A stretch of 64,000 nt of DNA from Ylistrum balloti (GCF_031769215.1 NW_026782106.1:496001-560000); one strand, 5' to 3'. Positions 37,801-52,476 are shown, counted from the stretch's first letter. Notes: generated by a model from the letters alone, not told the origin. Translations and numbers: made by a program.

Positions 37801-40800
37801 AATGATACATAGTTTTTTTATGATATGGATATGTACAAGTAAAATTTGATTTAACATGTCCTAGCTCATGCATGCTTTTGTTCCTTAATTTTGCAATACA
37901 TTCAAAATGCATCTTAAGTGATCAGTGCTTCCCAATGTGAAAAATGAAATTACCATTGGACATTGTCTACAACTTTCATTATCTCTATCAAGCAACAACA
38001 GCATTTTTTTTCAACTGTAATAATTTAATCTTTTTATCTGCACATAAATGGAGCCAGTTTAGTTATGTATTCATGCAACTTAATCAATGAGTAATTGTTT
38101 ATTTAAGCTAAACTCAAGAAAAAGAATTGCAATCTTACTTTTTTTGCTTTTCACCTCATCCTCACCCCACTTGCCTTTATAACGAACACTGAAACCAAAC
38201 TGTTTCAGTCTCTCCTGAAAGAAAGGAAAAACACATTTACAACATGAAATGGTGAAAATAAAGCAGGAGGTCCATTTATTGTATATTGATTGAAGGCTCA
38301 GGAAGAGAGGACTTTGAAGAGCACAATCAGTTTTTGTTTATTATATATTTGAAGTCTTGAACACATTTAACCTATGTGACCTTGAAAGCAGGCTAGTTAA
38401 TTCATTTTCACACACATAAAAAACCATCATCTTAGCAGGCTACTGACCTAATATCTTGACTCTAAGTCTCTTATTTACAAAGAAGTTTACTTATTTCTTC
38501 TTATTAATACAATAACTCTGTAATTAAGGGTTTGCAGTCCCAAACATTGGTGCACTGCACATTGCCTTTGTATGATAAACGTATACACTGAGTTTCATTA
38601 ACCTAGCTTAAATGGAAGTGGTTATGCTCTGGACAAGACATTTTAACCAAGGGCAATAAGTCTGTAATCAAGAGTTCCGGATCCCTGAAAATTTGGTACT
38701 ATGCACATTGTCTTAGTGTGATAAATGTGCTGGTATACACCAAGTTCCATTATCCTTGCAAGACATGAAATTTTTCAACAGGCAATAACTCTGTAATTTA
38801 GGAGATGTGAGCCCTGAATTTTATATACTGCACTTCCATTAGTATTTGCACCGTATACACCAAGTTTCATGATCCAAATTTATTCTAAGGACAGGAAAGG
38901 ATAGATGGTTGGACACAGACAAAGCGGCAGCTTTATGTTCCCCAAAAAACTTTTGGGGTGCATAAAAAGGCCTGAGCATACCTGTTCTCAAGCAAATTAA
39001 GTTTCATTAGTATTTCACAAATTTCTGTAAATAATAACAGCGACTTTGACCTTAGAAACATGAATTACAAGCTCATTTGAGGTATTATCTTGCAAGTTTG
39101 ATCCATTTAAGCAATGAATCTTGCTTTGGTTGATCTCATCGGGTGATGAATTGAGTTTCTCTGGAGAAGATTCCATAATTCAATTAAGATGGTTTGTTGT
39201 CAATATTTTAAACAAATCTAGGTCAACTATTTCTAGAACTCGTGCAAGTCTGATATCGTCTGACATCTAAAAATAAAATAATATAATTAAATTGTAACAA
39301 TTGATTTTGTTAATATATTAAGAAATTATAAAAATTCTCTGGGCAGCTACATGGAAGAATATTGTCTATGCACAAGTTCTATGGCTGTCTCCTGCTTTGC
39401 ATCCAACTGGGCAGCAGCCATTTATGAATTGTTATGGAGAATGTTGTGACCCTTCTAATGCATTCATGGTATTAAGTACTTAGTAAAGAAGCAATATTGT
39501 ATCAGAATCCCTCAGTAGAAATCCAGTTCTGAGTTGGTTGACAATATTTCATTTTCTAATGATAACCTTGATACCCTGAATAACAAACTCATTCAAATTT
39601 TCCTAATAATGAGTTTTGTAAAAACAGTGTATAGTGAAGTTAAAAAAAGTGGGAAGCACTCATGAATACTTGGTGGTGGGATTTAGTCTTATGCAAGAAG
39701 TGCCAACTATCACTGGTTTGGTATATCTTAACTAGCATCTCCCACCCTTCCTTATCAGAAACAATGCTTGTCAGAACAGCATTAATGTAAATACAAATGT
39801 CTATATGAAGTATTGATATCAAATGTTTTACTTCTGAAGATCAGTGGTACCACATACTCTATACATTTCCAGTATGCTAAAAGATGTTAGTTGGAGAATT
39901 TTGAAACATTGTCTAACCTTTGTAGGGAGTTCAAGAGCAGATAATGCATTCTGTGTTGCTGCATCAATTTCTTTCTTGAAGTTTGGTCCTTTTGATCTCT
40001 AAATTAAGAAACAATAAAAATACCAGCATACAGAGCTAAATCATCTGAAGGTGTTAAAACAGAACATTTATCAAATGTGTTTCTTTTCAAAAATGACAAG
40101 TTATTTTTTTCATAGAATCAAGCACATATTCACCATACTTTATCCAGTAAACTGGAACAATACAAAAATTCACTGCTGATTTTTGACACATGGATCTCAA
40201 AGAATCAGATGATACTACTGTGTAATATTGGGTGGCAATAAATATGGTGCCAAAAAATTATATGAATTTTCATGTTGGTCACATTAATATATGTTAGACA
40301 CAAGAGTATTAGTGAAACTAATGAAATTAATGCTGCCTGAAAATGACTTTATTTGACACAAAAATTAATCAAAGGGAAAAAGTTCTGTAATTAAGAAGTT
40401 GCCTGGCCTTTTATTTGGCATTGTACATATTCTTTTAGTATGTCCAGACAAAAAAGTATCAATAATTCCTAAATCATACAAAAGAGAGTTGTTATTTTTG
40501 TACACTGCACTTCTCTTTATCAAGATTTATCAACCTATGAAGTTTCATGTTGATACCTCATATTGTTTTTGTGATATGATCTGAACAAAACTATGACTGA
40601 CGGACCAATGCATGAACAAACAGACGGACAAAATGGCAACTACATGCTCTTCCGTCAGGGAGCGTAAAAACATGAGGCATATATTCAATATTCATACCTT
40701 GTTAGTTTTGATGACAGTTTTGTTACAAGATGGCTGAAATAACTAAAAAGGTCTCCATAACGAAAACTAAGTTGCATATTGATCATTTCCCTGAAGTTTC

Positions 40801-43800
40801 AGTTTTTGAGGAACATCAACCATAAAACCATTGACATCTATATATATTGAATCAATCTAATCAAGCAATACTTAAGCAATTAAATCAAAGAATTATAATG
40901 GTCATCTCCCATAGGTTTTATAAAGAAACCTGTTAATTTTGAGCAAGATTGATCACAAATTTCAAATTACAAAAATCAAGATGGTCGCTAGTGTTCAATT
41001 TCAAAATGTAATATGCAAATGTAAGACATATTCCTTACGTTTCTGAAAGATCCTGTGACAGTATCTGGGAACAGTTATCAAAAGAACTATTCATGAATGG
41101 TCAGGGTGACAGCCCATGGACACAAAATGATTTGTTATCAGCCAATTATCAGATGAGGTGGGCTCAAGACAGAAGAAAAGCATTCAAAATCAAAATATTC
41201 CAATATCTTTTATAACAGTCAGGGTAGCTTAACAATGGAGCTATAGCAAGCATAATACTTTGTTTTTGGTACACCTACCTTAGTCAAATAGAGGCTCTTG
41301 TTTAAGTCTTCACCTCTGTGGTGGAAAGGTAGAATTGCTGAAGCTTTCACCCATGCACGGGAAACTTTGTTGTCTAGGTATACTACATGGTAGTGACTCT
41401 GGAGACAAAGTGTATAGATGTTACAATTTCTATATAGGAAGGTTTCTTTTTATTATCATTTTCATAATCATAATATGAAAATTTTATGCTGGGTAAACAT
41501 TAACAAAGAAACTTAACCAATTTAACAAATATCAATTTTCTCTTCATAACTTTCCTTGATATAATAAATGAAAGTTAATGGAATAGGTTTCATTTTTATT
41601 TATCTTATCTTTTCTTTTTTGCTAGGTTCATGGCCTCGTGAACAGGCAGGCATGGGTTTTCCTTGAAGCAACTGGTGGCTACCTTACTGAACAACATACT
41701 GGACACACCACAAGAACAAAGAGTTTTTTCATACCCAAGAATCACACACTGCCACAAGAAGGAAGTGTTAAACCAAGCCACTTGAATCTTCACCTGAGGT
41801 TACAAAGGCTAATGCTCTCACCCCTTTATGGATTAAATATTAAACAGAATTTTATGTTTTTCTACAAAACATTTGCTATATCCATAGGTATATAATGTTT
41901 ACAAAACTGATAAGGAGGAAATAAAAACCTGGTAGAGCATCCAACTTTAAAACCTAAGGTGAAGTCTTGAGATGTATGGCTCAATGTTCCAACACGGGAC
42001 AATGTACTTCATGGTGTGATGTTCCCTTCATGAGACAGCTTTCAATTCTCGGAGAAGTGTAGTTCAATGATCTCTACACCAGACAGCTTTTGTTTCTAAA
42101 GACTTTACCCCAAATTGGTTTGGAAAGCAAGAACTATGTCTCTTGTATGTTGCTTAGAGGAGATTTTCAAGCATATAATATAAAACGGAAAAGATTTCAA
42201 ACATATTGGACTATACCATGATAGTCCACGGTATTTGCTTAAGATCTTACTGGAAACATGCTGTTTTCTGATACAAGTTCGAAGAATGTTTCTGTGTCTG
42301 GATCAATCTCCACCATAGCTGGCCACCTGAAAAGTCATTTAGACACAGTGAATACCCATACCAATAAAACAAGAGGCCTAGCAGCCTTGATGGTCACCTG
42401 AGATAAGCAATATTTATTATAAATGTTAAAGGATAGCTATCAAGTATCATGAAAGAAATTGTGAGATCAAATCTGTGTTAACATTTCATTATTTACATAT
42501 GTATTTTCTTTTAAGTAAAAGGAACATTTTGTATACCTCTGATATGCAACAGTGGTCAATTTTCCACATATTGGACAAAATCATGAAAGAGTTTCTGGAG
42601 CTGGTGAATGCTCCCCCAATACAGCTTAACTAGAGGATTGCTATGTATTATATATATAAAATATGTTAATATGGAGAGCTTGGATGAGGAAAAGATGATG
42701 TTTTAACATGTTACATTTATGTTTTAACACTCATATGCTGAATTTACATGTATGCTAAAAAGCAGTGATTTTTTTTTTCCTATTGTAAATTGTTTTGGAG
42801 ATAGAGATTGTGGGCGTTGAATTAAGTACAGTGCATGTAACTGATGTACACACAGTTGTGGTCTGGAAACGAAAATGATGGATGAAAATGACAGACAATG
42901 CAGCAAATATCTCCTTCCTTGAAAATGTTAGGGAGCAATACAAAATTAGTAACAATTTTAATGAAATCAAAGAATGAAAAACATTTACCATGGATAACCA
43001 ACCATCCTGGCCCACACAATGCTCCCCTCAGAATATTTAGTGTAGAAGTGTTCAGATTCATCATAATCCTGCTCTGCCTTTTCACAGCTGTTGTAGGTTG
43101 AGTCTAAAAATGAGAACCATGATAATTTACATCTAAATCAGGACATATTTCCAGTCACAAAACACTTGCAATCAAGTACAACTACATGCATATATTAAAA
43201 TTTAAAATTAAAAGTTTGAGTGTACAGGAAAAAGTTGATAAATCTTATAACAAATTATAAAGAAAGGATTTTAGAATTAGGACAAATGCACTTTCCAATT
43301 CAGTGGTCCATTCCTTATGAAACCTTATGGGTCTTTCCTAGGATGTTTGGTATCAATGAAGACAATAATTTCATGTAGAGCTGTCATCCTGAAGACAACT
43401 ACTACCTCCCGCAGATGCAAAGACTTCTATATACCAAATTTGATGGAAACTCCATGAAAAAGTCAAAAACAGCTGTAAATTAGTTTAAGTATTCACTAAT
43501 ACCTCTATTTACATACTTCCAAGAAGCTGGTAAAGGTACTGTGAGTGTAACAGGAGTTATTTCTGTTGATTGGATAAAACTTCATAAATGACAACAAATT
43601 AGAAATTCCAGGTAGAGGGATCTTGGTGCCCACCATTGTTTGATGCATCTTAATTTGTTCTTAAAAGTCAGATTTTTTCCCCGTCTTTTTTCTTCTTTTA
43701 TCTAATTTTTCTCTTAATTAATATGAAATTTGATAGTTCATCTGAAGAAATAATGATAATAATCTTTAATCGTCAAATCAAACATTATCATCTTTCGGCC

Positions 43801-46800
43801 TTTTAAAAAGAAGTTTTTTTGGATCAGTCCCCAATAAAAAGGAACAACTAAGGAGTGAAGGTAACCTACCGATAAAATTAAGCATTTCTCAAGATAACAA
43901 ACATTCAATGTAAAATCCAAAGCTGATCAGTCTAAAAATAACACTACTAGGGACCAAGGGGAAAAATACCTAGGAAATTTGGGAAATATCTATCCAGTAT
44001 TTCTCAAGAAACAGTGATAACAAACCCTGTTGTCAAAATTCAAGATGGCTGCCTATCAGCCACTTGTTTCAGTCCCAAAATCAAAAGGAACAACTAGGGA
44101 CAAAAGTAAACATGCATGATTTATCCATCGAGATATGGAGATAGCAAATTTCTGTAGTTAAAATCAAAGTTCCTTGCCGGTCACTCATTTTGTTTTTCTG
44201 ATCATACCCTAAATCTAAAGGGAACAACTATGGACAAAAAGCATACCTACATTAGAAATTTAAAAATGAACCATAAAACACTTCTCAAGAAAAAGTGATA
44301 ACAGGAATTGTTTAAGGACCAATGACAGACGATCATACTTCAATTTGACAGCCCACCATCATGAGAATAGAAAACAGAATATTCAAACTTTTGGTGTGGA
44401 TGCTGACCTTTGTTCATATCACAGGTCCACCTTTCATCAATTTCAGTAGGGTCATTGATATCCTGAAGTAATCTCCACTTGTGGCAAGTGGTTTTGGAGC
44501 ATTGTACCCATGTCCCTGGCGAAAATAAAAGTAACATTATATTTGACAACCCCTAATACTTACATTTCCATACAAAATTTGAAAAGTGGAATTTTTCCTT
44601 ATTATTATTGAAGTCACATAAAACTCTCTGCATTATGAAGGAGAACTATTACATTTGCAGTCACTGAAAAGCTATCTACTTGTGATGCGAATATAATAAT
44701 TTGAAAGTTATTAACCATTTCAGTTCAGGTAAATGTATTCCAGTCAACACTATAAGGCTTTTACATTTGAGAACTGAACTGGTATTTATTTGGTCAAAAT
44801 ACTGAGTTCAACAAAGCATCAACAGAATTTACCTGTTTCTTCAATTTCTCTCTCCATCAACATTTGTTTTTTACTTTTAGGAGTATAATCTTTGTCGTTT
44901 TCATTCTTTAGGATTTTTTCCCCTTTTTCTTTCTTCCTGATCTCATCTGAAGTTTTCTTCTCTTCATTTTCAATTTCTTTGCAGTCTTTCTTTTTTCTTG
45001 GCTTTTCACAATCTTCTAAAGAAATAAAAATATATACATGAACATATTTCATTCAAGAAATTTTGTATTAAATCACATTCAAGAAATTTTGTATTAAATC
45101 AATCTAGTGCAGCCACAATGACCAGCTGCATTCATTCACCTTATAACTATCTGCTGTATGCTGTAAGTTATAACAATTCTGTGGTGATAACAGAATGTTC
45201 AGAATGCAATCAGGCATACTGAATATCTCAAATGAAGTTCAACAGGACAGATCATTGCCCTGTCATGGGTCACAGCTTCATCCCAAGAACTTACCAGCTA
45301 AATATCAATATGCTAGAACTTTTGGTTATGTTTTAACAAATTTCACCCTTGTGACCTGAAATATGGGTCAAGGTCATTTCTTTCAATAAACTTTGTCAAG
45401 AATCCACCAACCAAAGACCATGAAGTTGTTTAAATGGAAAAGTTGACACTGGACAGATAACAAACAGAGGTACAGATACAAGTAGGTTCCGCCAAGCGAG
45501 TTAAAAAATGGGCCAGGTGGGCTGAAAAATCAATATAGCAAGAAATACCGGTATATGCAACTGTCCAATTAATGGGATCTCTATAGGATTATCTACATTA
45601 ATCTTTTAATACATGTACATGAATTTCTTACCTGTTGGTTTTGGAAACTGTAGTTGTCTTGGTGCTAGAATTTTTGCAGCACTGCTCCTGTCAGCCTTTT
45701 TTATAGCTTTTTTCAATTGGACCACCGGTGTGTGTTGATGTTTCTTATCTTCTTCACCATTGAATTCCAATTCACTACCTTCAGGTGTATTCTCATTCAA
45801 TTCTTGCACTTGTTCACACTCTATCATCCTACAATGTTGTGAATGCTATTGAATGCCACATTATATGCCTTCTAAACCCAGAATTATATATAATATTATA
45901 AATTCCATGACGAGATAGGATTTGAGAGCTTTTGCTGAAAATTTCACTGAAATAATATCAGAATCTACTGTATTATATATAGAAAAAATCCCATCCTACA
46001 TTTTCAAATTTATGAAATTCTCTTACATAGTACATGACCAAAAATTGTCATTGAATTCTCTTTCTAACGACAGAATTTTTCTACCACTAGATGGGATGGA
46101 ATATATTTAAAGCTTAAATCTATATTCACTGGAGATCTATGACAGTAATCCTACAGATAGCAGTCCAAAACATTCATGGCAATATATAGACAAGTAAATT
46201 ATCAAACTGTCATGGACAGCTATGATAACTTCCTGGAGAAGAGGTTGTTTGACTTAGTGATCATGTCTATATGACTAAGCCCAATTATTGATTTTTCTTT
46301 AATGGGAGCATTGACAGACAATATCGGCTATTTACAAAGTAATTAGGGATATGTAAAACAATGAACAGTCAACTGAAGATTTTTTTCCCCATTTAATGAC
46401 TATTTTCTTGCTTTCCACAAAGAATAGTGATTGCTTCTCAATCAAATTTTCTTACTGTATGTGTTCATTTACAACAGGTAAATCATGGTTCCCGGAGTTC
46501 TCCTGAATCTGTTCTGGGCCCACAACTTCAGGCTTGGATATACTGACTTTTACACCACTGTCATCTTCTAAATCAGCATCCCTACATTTGCTATCCTCAA
46601 CTTCATTCTGTTCATGATTATTTTGCACCTCATTCTCATTCAATGAGACCACATTTTGTTCTGGCTCTTCATCTTGTTTGAATACTGCAAGAGAAAACAT
46701 AACATTTAAGACTTGCAGACCATTGAAGATCACTTTTGATTTTGACAGCTTAAATGTATTTCATCAATTTGTTGATGGCTGTATCTTAAATCATTCAGAG

Positions 46801-49800
46801 CTTTTTTCAAAGATAAGAATCTTTTCTTTATTAAAAATGAAATGTCATTATTAGAAAGCCAACAAATGAAATTTTAATGACATGAAGAAGGATTTATTTA
46901 AGCTATAACTTTTGTTTTCTAAATTCCAGTACCTATGTAATATTGTTTATTTAATTGTAAATCATTTTCAAAAATGACAAGAAATTTCAAAAGAAATCAG
47001 TCTAAAACTAAGGACAGAATCATTGGACAAGAAAAAAAAAAACTGGAAAATATACAAGGCAATCAGATCACTCCCTCAGAATTACTAAAATAAAATTGCA
47101 ACTGATCAAACAGTGTCTCGTGTTTTCATGATATATTGTTCAAAATATCAAAGAGGTCAATTCAAAACTGTGGGAAAGAATCTCAAGTTGATATAATGGA
47201 AAATAAAGAGTAATAACTCTTGTAAACACTACTTAAACAAGTCATTGTAAAGAAAAATACAACTCATTTTTTTGTGAAAAGCTAATCAACAATTAGGAAG
47301 ATTTCTGGTCGAGATTAAAATACTAGGAAAAACCAAAACAAAGATTAATAGCTCTTCGAAATAAAAATGTTGTTCAGGAAAACACAACTCCATGTCAACT
47401 CATGGTGATGAAGCCAACCAAGTTTGATGGAGAATCGTTGAAAATTGAGGGAGTGAAGAGATCTGGACAAGATTAAAATAGTTTTTAAAAACAAGAGGCC
47501 TTGACAGAGAAAACCAATATTTATTATAAAGTTAAAGGTTAAGTAGCTTTCAAGTGTCATGAAAAAGAAATTGAGACATTGATGATAATAAGCCAGTGTC
47601 AATACTTGCATACCATCAAAACTGTCATCCTATCATCCTATGCTAATACTCCTTACAAAGTTATTCTCAAAAATGCAATTTTTTAATAAAAATTACAGTA
47701 AAATTAAACTCCTAAAAAGTGAAAGATCTCCAGACAAATAAAAGTTTAAAATGATTGATAAGTTGACAGGCATGCTGGTAAATGACAGGTTAATATTTAC
47801 ATTGTTCTGATGGTGTGCTCCTGACTCTATTAATTGCAGACTGAAAGAGTTGCTCCCACTCTTCATCAGACAAAGATTTGGCTGGTGTACAGTCATCTTT
47901 CTTCTGAAAGGAAAAGAATTTCCATAATGTGAATCTTTTGAATAGGAAGATTTATAAAGTAGGTTTAAAATTCTGAAAACATGGTCTGCATTTAAGGTTG
48001 CTAGATTAAACAAGAGCACTACACATGCATACATGTTACACATGTAATTATACAGAGAGCAAAGATATTGTTAAAATGTATTAACCAATGACAATGTAAT
48101 AAGGTCTGCCAGATTTCAGAAATACTTCAGGAGCTTTATATTAGCTATACCAATGACTTCAACAAAACTTTATTAGGGTTAAATCCATCTGTATAACTTG
48201 CAAAAAGGAAGTAATGCTCGCAAAAAGGAAGTAACGCTCTTTATCTTTTTTTCTGAAATTGTGCAAAATTTCAGAACCAATAAAAAAAAACAACATGTAG
48301 TCACTTTATCTTTTGGTGAAATAACTGAACATTGTAACAATCCCAATTTGAAGAATAAAAATTCCGGAAACTGACCTCATTAACAAATACTTGAACAATC
48401 GTTTCAGCTCTAATGTATTTGTAAATTGAAAATCGAATAATGCAAAATATAATAATCCTTACCTCAGTTTTTTTCTGTCCTTTTCCTTTGACTTCTGTAG
48501 CAATGCTATCTTTACTACAGTCAGTTGAAGCAGGAGTCTGAATTGAATTATTTGACGGGAAATAAAAATTTACACAGGCAAATCTGTTTTGGAACAACTC
48601 AAAAGTACATTCAAATATACACCTTCAGAAGGGCTTTAAATGGAAACAAGAATTCAGTTTTATATGTAAGTCAACATTTCAAATCTTCGTGATTATTTAC
48701 TGATAAAATAGAGAAAATTCAGTTTTAAGTTTCTATGCTTGTCATCTTCAAACATTATTCCATTTCTGAGTTAATTTTTTTCATCTTTATTTCTTTGACT
48801 TACAGAAAAAGGAGCTTGAACACTGTGAGCCACATTTGGTATCTTGGACTTTTTAAGTTTTACAGGATCTTTCTGTTTATCAGCACAATTTTTCTGTTTT
48901 GTAACTGATTTCTTTGATTTTTTCGGCTTCACTTCTTTTGATTCATCACCTTCCTGTGAAGTCAGATATTATCATACAACAAAATTCTCCAGCAAAATTA
49001 CTTCTTACATAGTCAAGATCATACAATGTTTGTTTCAGACCATCAGTGTTATTATATTGTGTATGAATTTTATAGTCCGCTGTGGCCTTTATAAATTGAG
49101 CAAATTGAGCAAATATAGTGATATTTAGAAATTTGGAAGTTATTCCTGCATTTTCCTCAGTTTTGGGAAAATACTGTATAGCCAAATATTTTAACATGAA
49201 TGATATTTTCACTATTTTGCAGTACATTCACAAGGCAATGAAAATTAAATCTGTGAAATAATGAGACATATGTATAAGACATTCTGTTACATCAACACAC
49301 TAAAACACACATTCAAAAGTATATTTGTATACATAGTGTATATAACTGATCCATGAACTTGGTCAGCTGTGCTGTGATGACCATGTCACAGGTAACATTG
49401 GTGGTGCTATGGCAGTGTTATCGGGAGCACACAAAGGGAATTACAATGGCGCATTGAAGTGTCAGGAAGGTTTATTTCATTGTTGTTTCACTTCCTATTA
49501 ACAGCAAGATTAGTTAAAGGACGTACCAGATCTGGCGAGAGGGGAAAAGGCTGTGACTGCGATACTGAGAGCTAGTAACAAAGATGGTGAGATATGTTAA
49601 GCAATCAGCCACCATGGTCATATGTCAAGAGAAATTCATTTTGAAAAAAAACTGATAGTGGTAGGCAAGGCTGGGAGTACAATGGGTGGCAGTACAACAA
49701 GGTTATAATGAACCTGAAAAATGTGTTTACCCTTGTAAAAGCATGGAATTAAAATGACTTTCTAACCTGTGTTTCTCCAGATTTCTTGGGCTTCTTCTTT

Positions 49801-50954
49801 TCTGATTTTACATCCTTGTCATTCTTCAAACTTTCATCTGATTCCTTGAGAATGTACAAAAAACATTATCAATCAACTTTCATTTATGTCATGACCACTG
49901 ACTGAACAGCTCACCATCTGATGACAGCAGGCTAAAAATGTGACATGTCCTTCCGTTGATATATGTAATATATACATAAGGTAAATGACTATGAATGATA
50001 AATGGAATTGGATTACTTAAGAAACTTAAACACTGAATATATACATGTACATTGCAAAGCTAATACATTAATCTTCTAGTGGATCTTTGTTCTTTTCAGA
50101 TTATTTAGATATGACTTCCTGCAATTTTGCCTTTTCAATTTCACCTTTAATATTGTAATATGCAAAAGTGAAGATAAAAAATCATTATGACTGAAAGACA
50201 AAATTAGATCACATCACAAAATCAGGTTTGAGGGGAGTGGTTCTACTCTCAATGTTCAGTGCATATGGACAAAATAAATGTAGAAATGAACTTGAGATGT
50301 ATATACAAAACAAAGAGTATGTGTAAATGCAATGAAATCTTCAGCAATGATGGAGAAATGTAGTTGGCGCTGATTATCTTTCAATACCTATAGGGGCTGG
50401 GACAACAATTTAGTAAATGATAAAACTGTATAATGTATACCATTTCTGCTGATGTCTTTTTAGGAGCTTGAAATCCAACTTTCATTTTCTTCTGTTTTAA
50501 GTTGATATTTAGACTCTTTGCTTTTTCATAGTTATTCATTGATGGTGAACCTTCTTTTTCCTCAAGGTGATGAATGGACTCCTACATAAGTCATAACAGG
50601 AAAATCAGTATTGAACATTTCACATCTTAAGTACCTGGTACAATTTATTTATTTAATATCATCATGCATTACAGAAAATTCACAATGTACATATCAAAAT
50701 TCCTATTGATACACATTTTGGAATACTTTCTCATTTATTTAACAAACGCTGTACATGAAATAAGATAGCATTACCCAAACCATTCCCCAGTTTTATTGTT
50801 ATTAACAAAAAAGTGATTTAATAACATTAAAATAGATAGGAATACCAACTTCATTATCAAGACTTTGCTGATTGCATACTGCGAGTTCTGTCGATTCTTG
50901 GCAATCCTGTGAATTATTTAGTTTGGAAATACTAGAGTTCTCTGGAGTCTCCAT
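31807..50954 (-). CDS. ZCWPW1: Zinc finger CW-type and PWWP domain protein 1-like (about 1038 aa, 18 coding exons)
   Basis: Exons 50954-50880, 50581-50441, 49844-49767, 48953-48804, 48537-48463, 47903-47801, 46684-46456, 45828-45632, 45015-44833, 44515-44408, 43103-42989, 42326-42251, 41398-41279, 39998-39918, 38214-38139, 35679-35461, 34173-34081 and 32804-31807; phases consistent, 3117 nt. zf-CW: WVQCSKTTCHKWR...WTCDMN...YNSCEKAE. PWWP: GSIVWARMVGYPWWPAMVE...YHVVYLDNKVSRAW. ERLKQFGFSVRY follows. Long charged N- and C-terminal regions fit ZCWPW1 better than the short ZCWPW2. Confidence 0.88.
33628..33700 (+). mobile_element. tRNA-derived SINE head (Pol III A/B boxes)
   Basis: A-box-like TGGAACAGTGG and B-box GGTTCGATTCC at tRNA-like spacing; no intact cloverleaf. 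Confidence 0.55.
34276..35363 (+). mobile_element. Non-autonomous Helentron-associated (HINE-like) element in a ZCWPW1 intron
   Basis: Starts AACAAGAGGCCC...GACTCACCTGA and ends in the hairpin GGTCACCCTGAG-ACTTTAT-CTCAGGTGACC, whose right arm matches the 5' subterminal motif. Related starts occur at about 32964, 42369 and 47490. Confidence 0.6.
38480..38969. mobile_element. Non-autonomous bivalve repeat with CAATAACTCTGTAAT-headed core units and a terminal hairpin
   Basis: Three CAATAA(C/G)TCTGTAAT-headed units, a GGAT/GGAC tract, and a terminus ATGTTCCCC...GGGGTGCATAAAAA. Similar ends occur at about 30610-30640 and 40640-40670. Confidence 0.5.
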
Positions 50955-51110
50955 TCTTCTTCCTTTACAAAAAAATGTATTTATATACCATAATTACATT
51001 CATATTATCGATATTTTATGTATATTCTTTTTTCAGATGAGCCCAGAACATAATTTCTAAACTTTTGATGATTCCTCCTACTAAGAGATCTTGTAGTGGG
51101 CTCTCAAATT

Positions 51111-52202
51111 CAGGGGTGTTCAATTCTGCTAGCTCGACGCTTGGGGCTAGTAAATTTCAGGTTGGGGCTTGCTGTTCCGAGACACTGACTAACCCATGGG
51201 CTAGTGAATTTTTTCTGTTCTTAATCTGCATTAAAAGCCAAATTGTTTCTGTACACATTAGTCAGGATAGTAAAATTTACAACCACAGGTGGTTTCCATC
51301 AGTCCATCAAGATTCTCAAATGTGAAAAATGCATTCATCTAAGTGTATCAAATTGTTGGTAAACTAGCTTGAGAATTGCAGGGGTAATTTAGATAAGGAT
51401 TGTAATATGAAGAGACAGTATCTTTACATGTCACTGATCGTTGGATATATGGTTCTAAATTACAAATTAAGGAATTCCTGATGCTGTTGAAATTGAAACA
51501 AGATCATTTGTGCTTAGTGCTACTGCTTTGATAGGTGTTACATCACACAAGACATGTTCACATCAAAATAAGACAATGTTGGCTTTCCAGATAATATAAG
51601 AAAATAGTTAAGTTAAATGAAGACATGTATACTTGACAGATGTTTACAACATCATCTTCTGAAATATACATTATATACAATATATATATACAATATACAT
51701 ACTCAGTAACTTTGTTGGCTTTAAACTTAAAAAATTGCAAATTTACAAATAAAAACTTTTACTGTCACACATTTCCTTATGAGAAATAAAGGAATAACAA
51801 TTTCATTTATATTAGCACCAATAGTTCAGATCCAATGTATGCTTAGTTACCTTATAGATTTCCCAGTGGAAATGAGATGGGAGAATAGATTACATGCGTC
51901 TAGAAAGTAGCAGTTCTGGGTGAATCGCTAAACTGTGGTATACAATTAATTTCTTTCATGTTAATTGTCAATTTATGGTACAGAAACTAGAAAAACTGTT
52001 CATTTATACATGTTTAATGCTTTATTGCATAACACAGATGTGATTAATTCTATTGATGAAACAGAAAATCATGGAAAAAACAGCATTCAGCATTAATTGA
52101 AAAATTCCAAATTGGCGTTAGTAGTTTTGATCAGGGATAGTGAGAAAAATTGGTTCACTAGCCCTTGGGCTAGTGTAAAGTTTTCAGAATTGAACACTCC
52201 TG
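51111..52202. mobile_element. 1092-bp non-autonomous TIR DNA transposon with 5-bp TSD
   Basis: 18-bp TIRs CAGGGGTGTTCAATTCTG (51111-51128) and CAGAATTGAACACTCCTG (52185-52202, 1 mismatch), flanked by AAATT on both sides (51106-51110 and 52203-52207). Confidence 0.85.
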
Positions 52203-52476
52203 AAATTTAATCAGTCATACAGGAAAAATCATGAGTCTAGGACTCAAATATTTTATTCTCAGTCCCAAATATCACTGATAACCTTATTTTTTCTGAAATA
52301 GTGTTGGTCAGCGTCATCACCGCATTGTCAGTGTATATGGTTCATGTGAATAAGAATAAAAACCGAATTTCCCGCCCTCGTTACTGAGTAAGATTAAAAC
52401 TAGTCGACATCAATATCAATTCAAGTATCCCTACGTGTTGAACCAATTCGTTACAAAAACAATATTTTTTACTTAC

